A DNA stretch of 64,000 bases. Origin: Gammaproteobacteria bacterium (lineage in GTDB: Bacteria; Pseudomonadota; Gammaproteobacteria; Eutrophobiales; Eutrophobiaceae). Shown here piece by piece: positions 51,433 to 60,737 of this stretch (positions are counted from its first letter, which is position 1; each line of letters starts with the position of its first letter). Below the pieces are notes generated by a model. That model worked only from the letters and a program-made list of their open reading frames with translations. It was not told the origin of the DNA and did not search any database. The position numbers and the translations under genes were made by a program. The stretch is taken from the NCBI GenBank assembly GCA_965238225.1, contig OZ250183.1, positions 416,001 to 480,000 of the forward strand. The letters are read 5' to 3'.

Positions 51433-54400
51433 TCATGAGGCATTAAGCTTACCGTTTGGAGCTGTTTCTTCGTTGAGGTTTTGAGTTATGAGACCATCTA
51501 AAATTAACAATATTAAAGGAAGTGAGCTATTTTTATATAGTTTCGGGATATATTTATCCCATAGCTGTTTTGCATGTTGATTTTTTCCCAACTTTATTAG
51601 CGCCGTTAGCTGCGCAGTAAAATACAGGCGTTGTTCCTTTATGTCCCAGTAATCTTCCTGTTCAATGAGCCTAGAAGAATATGCAATAATCGATTCACTA
51701 TTTCGTTGGCTTAATGCTTTTACAAATCCTAACCAGTTTAGTTCGTCATCATTCAGACCGCCTTCACATTTTGGCGTAACAGCTTCCCATATGAGAGAGA
51801 GTTCACTAGGCGAGAGATAAGGAATAGTTAAAGTTGCAAGGGTACGTAGATTGCCAATCCATATTCTGGGGAAATCAATAGATTGGCAGGTGCTGGCAAG
51901 ACTGGTCATTAGTTTTAGCTTTGTAGCAAAATGCTGTTTTGGCGTTATTTCATCCATGTTATTCAAAGCATGAAACAATTTTTGGGCTTGATGTGTTTCT
52001 TGATTAATTACGCTGTGTATAGAATCACTGACATTTGTACGTTCCCTGTTATCTTCGTCTGGGTAAAGTATGTTGATAAAAGGAATCATATTTGTCCTAA
52101 TTGAGGTTAAGCCATAGATATTATTTTTTTTAAAGCGTGTTCGAGTGGCATTTAAGTCTAGATAGGGGAAGTAGTCTGAATTAGTCGCAGGTGCATATTT
52201 ATCTATGAAGGGGTTTAAGATGCGTTGGTCTGCAATGAACCGTACTTTTATATCTTGTATGTTATTGATACCAATTCTGGCCAGTAATTTTTTAGTTGCG
52301 GCATTATTAAATATGGCAGCCCCAGATTGCGTGATGGCATAATTATTTCGGGCAACAATAATCAAGTTGCTGCTATCTCCCGCGTATAATGAAAAATTAG
52401 AAAAATTATTTTTTAGAGCCTTAAGGATAGAAAGAAATAACCCAATATCAATCTCATAGGCTTGTATCCACTGCTCGAATATACCTTTCTCAGATAAATG
52501 ATTGCTAATGTGCTTATAAAATTCATCAGTAAAAAGACTAGAAACACCGCTTACCCATGGGTTAGAAGGCTCTGAAATAATAATGTCATAATCTTTTTTA
52601 TAAGTTGAAAAATAAGTTTTCGCATCTTCAATGTAAATTTTACTCCTAGGGTCTGTGAAAGTATTTTCTACATGTGGGCGAAAATAATTGGCACCTTCTA
52701 CTATGGCAGGTTCAATTTCTATGGTGTCCACTTGCGTTATATTCGGCCATGTGAGCAATGCATGCGCCGTTAGACCAGATCCCATACCAATATTGGCGAT
52801 TACACTTGCATCAGGATTGATAGACAATGGAAGCGTTGCAATAGTTATCATTGTTACTTCATCTGCAGAAGGTGTTTTGCTTGGATGAGTGGAAATTGAA
52901 GCATCTGGTTTGCCATTTGTCAGTATCGATATGAATCCATTTTTATATTTGACCACACCAACGGAAGTTGTTTTCGCGTCTTTGTGAAAAAGCATTTTAG
53001 AATTTGTCTCTGTTAAGCGTACTGTGCCAGTTCGGAATACAGATGCATTCATCTTGTATTTGTCGAGATCGAAAGCGAATACCAGTGCAAACATTGCGAT
53101 CCCGGAGATGGTAGTAAAAATAACCATTGAATTTTTAGCCAATGAATTGGCACGAAATAACAGGAACAATCCAAGCAGAATATCTAGACCACAAGCAAAC
53201 AGTATAGCAAATTTCAGTCCCAATAAAGGCATGCCAATAAATACGGTAAAAATTATTCCAGTGATTGCACCAAGCGTGTTACTGGCATAGATTTGTCCGA
53301 TACTTTTTTCTCCATGCCCTTGGTTAAGCATAATGAAAGTAAATAATGGCAAGGTCATGCCTGCAAAGAATGTGGCAGGCAGCATGACAATCAGGGAAAT
53401 GAAGTAGCTAGATAGAGTAAAGAGCTCATAACCAGTATCATTTCGCTCAAAGCCTGACATAAAAAATCCCATTAAATCAAATAGATAGTTATACATAGGC
53501 AATGTAAGAAACGCCATGATTCCCATGGCTATCTGAATATAGCCTGCTGCCTGTGTGGGGTTTTCAATATTCTCTATCTTGCGACTAAGCCACAGCCCTC
53601 CAAACGCAAGACCAGTGATAAATGCACTTAACATCAGCTCGAAGGCATGTGTGCTTGAGCCAAGCACCATGCTGAGCATTCTGATCCATGAAATTTCGTA
53701 AATAAATGATGCCATACCTGTAATGAAAGCAGCTAAAAGTATTAAATTGGGAAATTTGATTGAAGATAATGCAGGTTTGTTTGAAGATGATTTTTTTATG
53801 GCGTATGGTTCCTCGGTATAACCCTTTGCTATACCATAGACAATAATGGCAAGCAGAATGTTGCTGATGCCAGCCGTCAAAATGGTTCCCGGTAGACCGA
53901 CGGATTTAACGAGGTAAAAACCACTAAACAGAACACCTACAGCACCACCAATGCTGTTGGTGAAATACAGAATGCCGAGTGTTTTGCCTGGTGTATTCGG
54001 AAAGCGACGAATGATTCCATTGCTCATTAACGGAAAGGTCATGCCTAAGAGAATCGATTGCGGCAGTATGATGAGTGCCCCGATAACCCATTTATAGATA
54101 TGCACAAGATTAGGTGTGCCAAGCGACGGGATAATATTTTCGTGTGATATTGATAAGACAGTCTGAAAAAAAGGATTAAATACAACACCGAAGCAACCAA
54201 TCAAGATTTCCACCAATGCATATATAAGCAACAAGTTTGTCCATTTAACACTTAAACGGGCAGTCAGATAAGCACCAAATGCCATGCCACCCATGAAAAT
54301 AGTGAGCACAAGAGCTTGCGCGTAAGCGGCATGACCCAAGAAAAGCTTTAAATAATGTGACCAGATAGATTCATATATCAGCCCTGTAGCGCCAGATATA

Positions 54401-54444
54401 GTGAATAAGGCAAAAAATATAATAGATGATTTACGAATATCCAT
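51433..54444 (-). CDS. fused multi-TM (MFS-like) / spermidine-synthase-like SAM-binding protein
   Basis: About 460-aa hydrophobic N-terminus with an internal repeat (SGATGLIYESIW / TGMASFIYEISW), then NGKPDAS, IGMGSGLT, IEIEP, EDAK, DIIISEPSNPW. Confidence 0.85.
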   Translation of the reverse strand: MDIRKSSIIFFALFTISGATGLIYESIWSHYLKLFLGHAAYAQALVLTIFMGGMAFGAYLTARLSVKWTNLLLIYALVEILIGCFGVVFNPFFQTVLSISHENIIPSLGTPNLVHIYKWVIGALIILPQSILLGMTFPLMSNGIIRRFPNTPGKTLGILYFTNSIGGAVGVLFSGFYLVKSVGLPGTILTAGISNILLAIIVYGIAKGYTEEPYAIKKSSSNKPALSSIKFPNLILLAAFITGMASFIYEISWIRMLSMVLGSSTHAFELMLSAFITGLAFGGLWLSRKIENIENPTQAAGYIQIAMGIMAFLTLPMYNYLFDLMGFFMSGFERNDTGYELFTLSSYFISLIVMLPATFFAGMTLPLFTFIMLNQGHGEKSIGQIYASNTLGAITGIIFTVFIGMPLLGLKFAILFACGLDILLGLFLLFRANSLAKNSMVIFTTISGIAMFALVFAFDLDKYKMNASVFRTGTVRLTETNSKMLFHKDAKTTSVGVVKYKNGFISILTNGKPDASISTHPSKTPSADEVTMITIATLPLSINPDASVIANIGMGSGLTAHALLTWPNITQVDTIEIEPAIVEGANYFRPHVENTFTDPRSKIYIEDAKTYFSTYKKDYDIIISEPSNPWVSGVSSLFTDEFYKHISNHLSEKGIFEQWIQAYEIDIGLFLSILKALKNNFSNFSLYAGDSSNLIIVARNNYAITQSGAAIFNNAATKKLLARIGINNIQDIKVRFIADQRILNPFIDKYAPATNSDYFPYLDLNATRTRFKKNNIYGLTSIRTNMIPFINILYPDEDNRERTNVSDSIHSVINQETHQAQKLFHALNNMDEITPKQHFATKLKLMTSLASTCQSIDFPRIWIGNLRTLATLTIPYLSPSELSLIWEAVTPKCEGGLNDDELNWLGFVKALSQRNSESIIAYSSRLIEQEDYWDIKEQRLYFTAQLTALIKLGKNQHAKQLWDKYIPKLYKNSSLPLILLILDGLITQNLNEETAPNGKLNAS

Positions 54445-54458
54445 TAAATTTCTCCTGA

Positions 54459-54644
54459 TATTTGTGCAAGTTTATGCCTTATAGCCCAGTGAAGTCTTAT
54501 TAATTAAGTTTTATTAAGGGAATTTTTATTTAGGGAGTTTTTGCCAAGAACAAATTTACAATTTTCGACTTATTTTAATAATAAATCAATATAGACTACC
54601 AAGATACAGTACTTGAAAAATCAATTGACGGTCTTGCACAAATA
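54459..54644. repeat. 186-bp segment bounded by perfect 12-bp inverted repeats TATTTGTGCAAG / CTTGCACAAATA
   Basis: Arms at 54459-54470 and 54633-54644 are exact reverse complements. Confidence 0.85.
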
Positions 54645-54656
54645 GAAAATCTGCTT

Positions 54657-56267
54657 ATGTATTTAAATACACATTTGGAAACATCATGGAGAGCACTTCA
54701 ATACTTTAATCTCTACAGGTTTCTCATCGCTTTTTCATTTGTCGTGCTTATTTGGATAGCGCGGTTGCCCTACCCACTGGGAAGCAATGTTCCGTTTCTT
54801 TTTTCGATATCTTCTCATCTTTATTTCCTACTAACAATTATCATTGCATTTTTCATCAAGTTACAAAAGCCTCGATATCATTTGCAAATAGCTACGCATG
54901 TAATGCTGGATATTATCGCTATCGGTTTGATGATGTATGCTAGTAACGGTGTAAGCAGTGGTCTTGGCGCTTTACTTGTCATCGCAATACTCGGCGGCAG
55001 TATTTTGCATGTTGGTAGAATCGCTGTCTTTTTTGCTGCATTAGCAGTATTGATTGTTTTGGGGCAAGAGACTTACCTGCAGTTTTTCAAATACCCAGCA
55101 TCACCGAATTATACAAATGCCGGGTTTTTAGGCATCACATTCTTTGTAACGACCTTTTTTGGGCAGATTTTGGCGACAAAGGCACAAAAAAGTGAAGTAC
55201 TGGCAGCGCAGCGTGCTATTGACCTTGAGAATCTGGGCTTGTTAAATGAACATATTGTCCAGAGGATAGAATCTGGAGTCCTTGTATTGGAAGAACAATA
55301 CCGAATATGTCTGCTAAATGAAGCTGCAAGACGTTTACTTGGGCTGCATGATAAGCAGCATCAGGAACTCAAAAATAGTGTTCCAGAATTGTTTAGACAC
55401 ATAACTTATTGGGCTCAAAAAGGAGGTCGGCGGACAATCATATTCAGACCCACGCAGGGCAGTGTTGATATACAAGCATCATTTACCAGATTAAATCCTG
55501 CGTCAGAGTTTGGTATTTTGGTCTTTCTTGAAGATGTTGCACAAATACGCCAGCATGCCCAGAATTTAAAGGCGGCTTCACTAGGCCGTTTGTCTGCGAG
55601 TATCGCACATGAAGTTAGAAATCCACTGGGTGCGATCAGCCATGCCAGTCAGCTTTTATCCGAATCAGAATCTCTTGGCAAGGAAGATGAGCGGCTTGCT
55701 AATATTATCGTGCATCATACCAAACGGGTAAACAGGATCATTGAAAACATGATGCGCATTAGCAGGCGTGAAGCCGCAATGCCAGAAAATATTAATCTTG
55801 GTGAATGGATGCAAGGTTTTATTGCAGAATTTATTAGCCAGAAACAAATGCAAGAAGCAGATATCCACATAAAAAAATCGTTGAATACTGTTATTGTTCG
55901 CATGGATGTCAGTCAATTACATCAAGTCCTCTGGAATCTCAGTGAAAATGCATTACGACACAGTGTGGAGCAACCGACAATAGAATACCAATGGGGGCTG
56001 CGCAAAAGCACTGGCAACCCGTATTTGGATATTATAGATCGTTGCTCGGGAGTACCTGAGGCTATTGCTGCGCAATTATTTGAGCCATTCTTTACTACGG
56101 ATGTTAAAGGTTCTGGTTTGGGTCTGTATATTTCCCGTGAATTATGCGAAGCAAACCAAGCTTCTTTAGTGCTGGTTAAAAATAATACCGAGGGATGTTG
56201 TTTTCGGATACAGTTCGCACACGCAAGTGGCGCAAATATAGAAGAATATCAAGATTTATCGTGCTAA
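54657..56267 (+). CDS. pilS: sensor histidine kinase PilS
   Basis: FNLYR start, multi-TM N-terminus, LGRLSASIAHEVRNPLGAISHA, FEPFFTT, GSGLGLYISRELCEANQA; precedes pilR and the pilins. Confidence 0.92.
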   Translation: MYLNTHLETSWRALQYFNLYRFLIAFSFVVLIWIARLPYPLGSNVPFLFSISSHLYFLLTIIIAFFIKLQKPRYHLQIATHVMLDIIAIGLMMYASNGVSSGLGALLVIAILGGSILHVGRIAVFFAALAVLIVLGQETYLQFFKYPASPNYTNAGFLGITFFVTTFFGQILATKAQKSEVLAAQRAIDLENLGLLNEHIVQRIESGVLVLEEQYRICLLNEAARRLLGLHDKQHQELKNSVPELFRHITYWAQKGGRRTIIFRPTQGSVDIQASFTRLNPASEFGILVFLEDVAQIRQHAQNLKAASLGRLSASIAHEVRNPLGAISHASQLLSESESLGKEDERLANIIVHHTKRVNRIIENMMRISRREAAMPENINLGEWMQGFIAEFISQKQMQEADIHIKKSLNTVIVRMDVSQLHQVLWNLSENALRHSVEQPTIEYQWGLRKSTGNPYLDIIDRCSGVPEAIAAQLFEPFFTTDVKGSGLGLYISRELCEANQASLVLVKNNTEGCCFRIQFAHASGANIEEYQDLSC

Positions 56268-56295
56268 TTTATTGTATTAAACAAGAACACTGGTC

Positions 56296-57642
56296 ATGAA
56301 AAATAAACTGGCGCTAATTATTGATGATGAACCTGATATCAGGGAATTACTGGAGATTACATTGGCGCGTATGGATATTGATTGTATTTCAGCTGAGAAT
56401 TTGCAGGATGCCTATGAACTATTAAAAAATCATAAGTTTGATATTTGCTTGACTGATATGCGCTTGCCTGATGGGGATGGACTTAATCTGGTTGCCTTTA
56501 TTCAAGATAACAACCCACAATTGCCAGTTGCGGTTATTACTGCACACGGCAACATGGAGTCAGCAATACAGGCATTAAAATCCGGAGCATTTGATTTTTT
56601 AAGCAAGCCAATAAATCTTGAGGTTTTGCGAACCTTGATAAGATCTGCGCTTAAACTTGCAGCCTCTGATGCTGCATTGCTATACAATCTTATCGGCAAT
56701 ACAGACATTATTGATGTAACCAGAAAAATGATCAGTAAGTTGGCAAGGAGCCAAGCGCCTGTTTGCATCAGAGGAGAATCAGGCACAGGCAAAGAATTGG
56801 TTGCCAGAATGATTCATGAGCAAAGCACGAGATATGCAGGAAAATTTGTTCCAGTAAATTGCGGTGCGATTCCCACTGAATTAATGGAAAGTGAATTATT
56901 TGGACATGTCAAAGGTAGTTTTACCGGGGCTATTTCCGACAAAAAAGGCTTGTTTCGTACTGCTCAAGGAGGCACGCTGTTTTTTGATGAAATAGCCGAA
57001 TTACCGCTGCATATGCAGGTTAAATTATTGCGTGTCATTCAGGAAAAAACCATAAGACCTGTGGGGGGTACCAGTGAAATACCTGTCGATGTGCGTATTC
57101 TAAGCGCAACCCATCAATGTCTTGATACTTTGGTAGGGGCAGGAAAATTCCGAAAAGATCTATTTTACCGCATCAATGTCATGGAGATATATGTACCTGC
57201 TTTGCGGGAGCGCACAGAAGATATTCCTTTATTAGCAGAGCATATACTCGCGCGAATAGGCAATAAGACGGGGCGGAAAATACCGAGTTTATCCAAAAAA
57301 GCATTAAGCAAACTACAATCCTATTCATTTCCTGGCAATATTCGTGAGCTGGAAAATATACTTGAATACACACATGCCTTGCTTGAAAATGATGTTATTA
57401 CTCCAGAAGATTTACGCTTAAAGCAAGAGCCACAAGCGTCAAAACAGGGTAAATCAGCGCATGAGGAATTGAATTCCAATTCTATTTCTCTAAAACACCA
57501 GCTTGGTAATGCCGAGAAAAAGGCGATTTTGGAAGCGTTGCATCAAACCCGTTGGAATCGAACCAAAGCCGCCAAAAAATTAGGCTTGAGTTTGCGTTCG
57601 TTGCGTTATCGCCTTGAGAAATTTGGTTTAGAAAACAAGTGA
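56296..57642 (+). CDS. pilR: sigma54-dependent response regulator PilR
   Basis: Receiver DDEPDIRELL / LTDMRLPDG, GESGTGKE, GSFTGA, Fis-type HTH ending LRYRL. Confidence 0.93.
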   Translation: MKNKLALIIDDEPDIRELLEITLARMDIDCISAENLQDAYELLKNHKFDICLTDMRLPDGDGLNLVAFIQDNNPQLPVAVITAHGNMESAIQALKSGAFDFLSKPINLEVLRTLIRSALKLAASDAALLYNLIGNTDIIDVTRKMISKLARSQAPVCIRGESGTGKELVARMIHEQSTRYAGKFVPVNCGAIPTELMESELFGHVKGSFTGAISDKKGLFRTAQGGTLFFDEIAELPLHMQVKLLRVIQEKTIRPVGGTSEIPVDVRILSATHQCLDTLVGAGKFRKDLFYRINVMEIYVPALRERTEDIPLLAEHILARIGNKTGRKIPSLSKKALSKLQSYSFPGNIRELENILEYTHALLENDVITPEDLRLKQEPQASKQGKSAHEELNSNSISLKHQLGNAEKKAILEALHQTRWNRTKAAKKLGLSLRSLRYRLEKFGLENK

Positions 57643-57782
57643 TTTAGATGAAGTAAGCTATTTTAGAGCATAGGCGATTTAGAAAACAATTATAAGAAAC
57701 CAGACAAAATAATTGTAAATCTAATAAATACTTTAAATCATATTGGTCGTCTCATAGCCACGCACCATATGCACTTAAAGGC

Positions 57783-57816
57783 TGACGTAAATTGTCACTT
57801 TTAGACAAAATTGTAT
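57783..57816 (+). promoter_or_regulatory. candidate PilR enhancer sites
   Basis: Dyad TGAC-N7-GTCA (57783-57797) plus a similar degenerate AGACAAAATTGT, about 140-160 nt upstream of the sigma54 site. An IHF-like sequence (rc AAACAGTCACTTA, 57876-57888) lies between them. Confidence 0.5.
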
Positions 57817-57941
57817 TAAAATAATCTGCCTGTTTGATCATTGTTTTGCCTTACAATGTTTTTTAAATAAATAATTAAGTGACTGTTTATTAAAACTTTA
57901 TTATGTTTATTAACATTATTATTAATCGTTTAATTATTTTT

Positions 57942-57956
57942 TGGCACAATATATGC
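57942..57956 (+). promoter_or_regulatory. sigma54 -24/-12 promoter of the pilin gene
   Basis: TGGCAC-AATAT-ATGC with exact GG-N10-GC spacing, between pilR and pilA. Confidence 0.8.
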
Positions 57957-58203
57957 CGCCTGTTTGTTTGCAGGCGTTTCGTTTAAGTCAGCGTCATTAA
58001 CTTAAGGCTTTTGTTGACAAAGACTCTCGTTTGATAATAGTCATTAACGATTTATTGCATTTATGATTCGTTAACCTTAGGATGCTGTGCCTTATTGCGG
58101 GTGTTCATGTCTAGTATGGATATTGTCTTAGACGGATATTATCTTACGATGGACATGACATAGATCAATATGTTTTGAGTTTTTTAAGTTGTAAGTTTCC
58201 TTG

Positions 58204-58233
58204 GGTTTTTAGTAGTTTGGTTTTTAGTAGTTT
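58204..58233 (+). repeat. 15-bp perfect tandem duplication GGTTTTTAGTAGTTT x2 in the pilA leader
   Basis: Copies at 58204-58218 and 58219-58233. Confidence 0.85.
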
Positions 58234-58304
58234 CTTTAAGTTGATAGTTTTAATTGTTATTATTGGCTTTTAATTTTATTACATTGTTTGAGGATATAAA
58301 TATC

Positions 58305-58721
58305 ATGAAAAATATACAACAAAACAGGCAACAAGGTTTTACCTTGATAGAACTCATGATCGTGGTTGCGATTATTGGTATTTTGGCCGCAATTGCGTTG
58401 CCAGCCTATCAGGACTATACCATTAGGGCGACAGCAGGAGCTGCCTTGGCTTCGGTTACAGGTGGCAAGTTAGGCTACGAGCTCGCTGTGGCTTCAGGAG
58501 ATACCCCAAGTATCGACGCCAGCGAGGATGGTTTTATTGGTATAACAGATGCAAGTGGTGACTGTGCAATTACATTAGGCGCCAGTTCGATAATATGTAC
58601 CATTAAAAATGGGCCAGCCGCTGTGAAAGGCAAACTCATTACGTGGGAACGTGATACAAACGGAGTGTGGTCATGTACTACAGACGTGGCAGCGAAGCAT
58701 GCACCAGGTCAATGTGGATGA
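58305..58721 (+). CDS. pilA: type IVa major pilin
   Basis: SD GAGGA; [30 protein letters not shown]; four Cys including the C-terminal D-region pair; sigma54 promoter and own terminator. Confidence 0.94.
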   Translation: MKNIQQNRQQGFTLIELMIVVAIIGILAAIALPAYQDYTIRATAGAALASVTGGKLGYELAVASGDTPSIDASEDGFIGITDASGDCAITLGASSIICTIKNGPAAVKGKLITWERDTNGVWSCTTDVAAKHAPGQCG

Positions 58722-58816
58722 TAGTTAAGAAACTATAAGTGATGCTTAATTGCTTGCCAGATTAATTCTGGCGTATGTATAGGCGTTGTTTATAAGTGTA
58801 AAAAATAAGCATCAAG

Positions 58817-58857
58817 AAACGCACACCGTCGTTGTATTTGTCGGTGTGCGTTTTTTT
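58817..58857 (+). terminator. intrinsic terminator after pilA
   Basis: AAACGCACACCG / CGGTGTGCGTTT stem followed by a T7 run. Confidence 0.85.
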
Positions 58858-59105
58858 ATGAATTCAGATCTATAAATTCTAAAAAAAATTAAAACTATCA
58901 TTTGATTTCGCTAAAGTTTATTTAAGAGTACGCATTTCCTCTGCGTGTATTTAAGTGATGTTTTTTCATCTGTATCTTTTTAAATTATGATTCTTGCCTT
59001 TAAGGTTTTGTGTTTTTATATTTTTATGCTGTAGCTTTTATCAAGTATGCTGCATTGAACTGCCTACTTTGAATTTCTTTTGAATCTCTAAAGGGATAGT
59101 AGAAC

Positions 59106-59561
59106 ATGAAGAATAGACAGCCACAAAATACACAACAAGGTTTTACCTTGATAGAGCTCATGATCGTGGTTGCGATCATTGGTATTTTGACCTCAGTTGT
59201 ATTGCCGGTCTATCAGGATTACACCAAAAAGGCGCAGTTAGTGGCTATTTCAGCAGAGCTTTTAAGTGCTAGGAAAGGGTTTGATCTGGTAATAGCTGCA
59301 GGAGAGATGCCAAGCAATGACCCAAGTACTGTTGGCTGGATTGGTGTGGAAGCTGGGCTTACCAGTATAGGTGGTGTATGCCAGATATTCGTCCACCCAG
59401 CAGATGTTCACTCAGGAATAACGTGCTGGATTAAAAAAGAGCCGTTCAAGTCAGATGCCGTTCAATTGTGGTATGACGCAAACGCCAGAACTCCTTGGAA
59501 TTGTGATGCCACAAGCCTGCCTGGCGCGTATCAGCAGTACGTGGATTCGACTCTTTGTTAA
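59106..59561 (+). CDS. second type IVa pilin (PilA paralog)
   Basis: [30 protein letters not shown]; four Cys; ends in Cys. Confidence 0.9.
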   Translation: MKNRQPQNTQQGFTLIELMIVVAIIGILTSVVLPVYQDYTKKAQLVAISAELLSARKGFDLVIAAGEMPSNDPSTVGWIGVEAGLTSIGGVCQIFVHPADVHSGITCWIKKEPFKSDAVQLWYDANARTPWNCDATSLPGAYQQYVDSTLC

Positions 59562-59596
59562 AAATGTTCTGGGCTGTAAAGCTTCTTTGTTAAAAT

Positions 59597-59650
59597 CAGC
59601 TTGTTCCATAGATATTCAGTGAAATTTGTGCTGATATAGAAAGCAAGCTG
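59597..59650. terminator. long imperfect hairpin between the convergent pilin-2 and ubiA genes
   Basis: CAGCTTG...CAAGCTG outer arms with inner TCAGT/GCTGA pairing. Confidence 0.4.
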
Positions 59651-59705
59651 TAAATAGCAAAAGAGTTATATGCAGTCTTGGAATATAAATTATCTGAACA
59701 TAAAA

Positions 59706-60737
59706 TTATTTAAACAAATAGTTTAAATAAATCCCTGTAAAAATAACCATGCCATACCATTGGTTGTTCAGAAATGCCCGGAAACAATTTTTGGCTATTC
59801 TATCCTTGATTAAATATTGTTGATAGACCGAGAGCAATGAAGCAAAGGCTACACCAGTGAAGTAATACTTTCCCAGTTCCAGTTTGTACCCAGCCAGTAT
59901 TTGAGAAAATAAAATCATTATTTGGATCAATCCTATAATAATTTTGTCAGCATCATCGAATAATATTGCGGTAGATTTAATACCTGCTTTTATATCGTCC
60001 ACCCTATCAACCATGGCATACATGGTGTCATAGACAATTGCCCAAAGCACTGTCGTGATAAAAAGCAACCATGCAATATCAGGAATAGAATTTGTTTGTG
60101 CTGCAAATGCCATGGGGATTGACCAAGCAAAAGCTAAGCCTAAAAATACTTGCGGCAAATAAGTTACTCGTTTCATAAAGGGATAGATAATGGCGAGAAA
60201 CACGCCAACAAAAGATAATTTGAAGGTGAAATCATTCAGATTTAATACGAGTATTAACGCACAAAACAGCAATACTGTGAAAAGACCCATCGCCTCATAA
60301 AATTTTACTTTTCCTGAAGTGATTGGTCTGTCGCGTGTCCTTGATATATGGCGGTCAAAATTACGGTCTGCAAGGTCATTAAGGACGCATCCAGATGAAC
60401 GCATAACAACAACACCGAGAACAAAAATGATTAATATATCTAAATGAGGAGCACCTTTAGAAGCAATCCATAATGCCCATAGAGTAGGCCATAACAGAAG
60501 TAGAATACCTATAGGCTTGTCAAGTCGCATGAGGTAATAATATTGGGTAAGTCTATTTTTTATAAATGGCCATTTTGATTGTATGACTTTAGCCGTAGTG
60601 TTGCAGTACTGTTGCAATCTTATTCGTGTTTCTTTAGTAAATCTCATAACTGTCGCACTAAGACGACAGGATATCGCAATCATTTTATTGCTATATATTT
60701 TTACAATAAGCACTATTTTTTTAAAAAGTTGATGCAT
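59706..60737 (-). CDS. ubiA: 4-hydroxybenzoate polyprenyltransferase (start uncertain: 60737 or 60647)
   Basis: MRLDKPIGILLLLWP, GCVLNDLADRNFD, YPFMKR, YDTMYAMVDRVDD. Confidence 0.96.
   Translation of the reverse strand: MHQLFKKIVLIVKIYSNKMIAISCRLSATVMRFTKETRIRLQQYCNTTAKVIQSKWPFIKNRLTQYYYLMRLDKPIGILLLLWPTLWALWIASKGAPHLDILIIFVLGVVVMRSSGCVLNDLADRNFDRHISRTRDRPITSGKVKFYEAMGLFTVLLFCALILVLNLNDFTFKLSFVGVFLAIIYPFMKRVTYLPQVFLGLAFAWSIPMAFAAQTNSIPDIAWLLFITTVLWAIVYDTMYAMVDRVDDIKAGIKSTAILFDDADKIIIGLIQIMILFSQILAGYKLELGKYYFTGVAFASLLSVYQQYLIKDRIAKNCFRAFLNNQWYGMVIFTGIYLNYLFK

Noticed and set aside
51433-54444. Calling the gene speE
   Set aside because: It lacks the GGGDG and catalytic Asp signatures, has a very different architecture, and no speD is nearby.
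57960-58200. c-di-GMP riboswitch in the pilin leader
   Set aside because: The conserved GEMM elements (GGCAAAC, GNRA loop, GACGCAAAG) are not visible.
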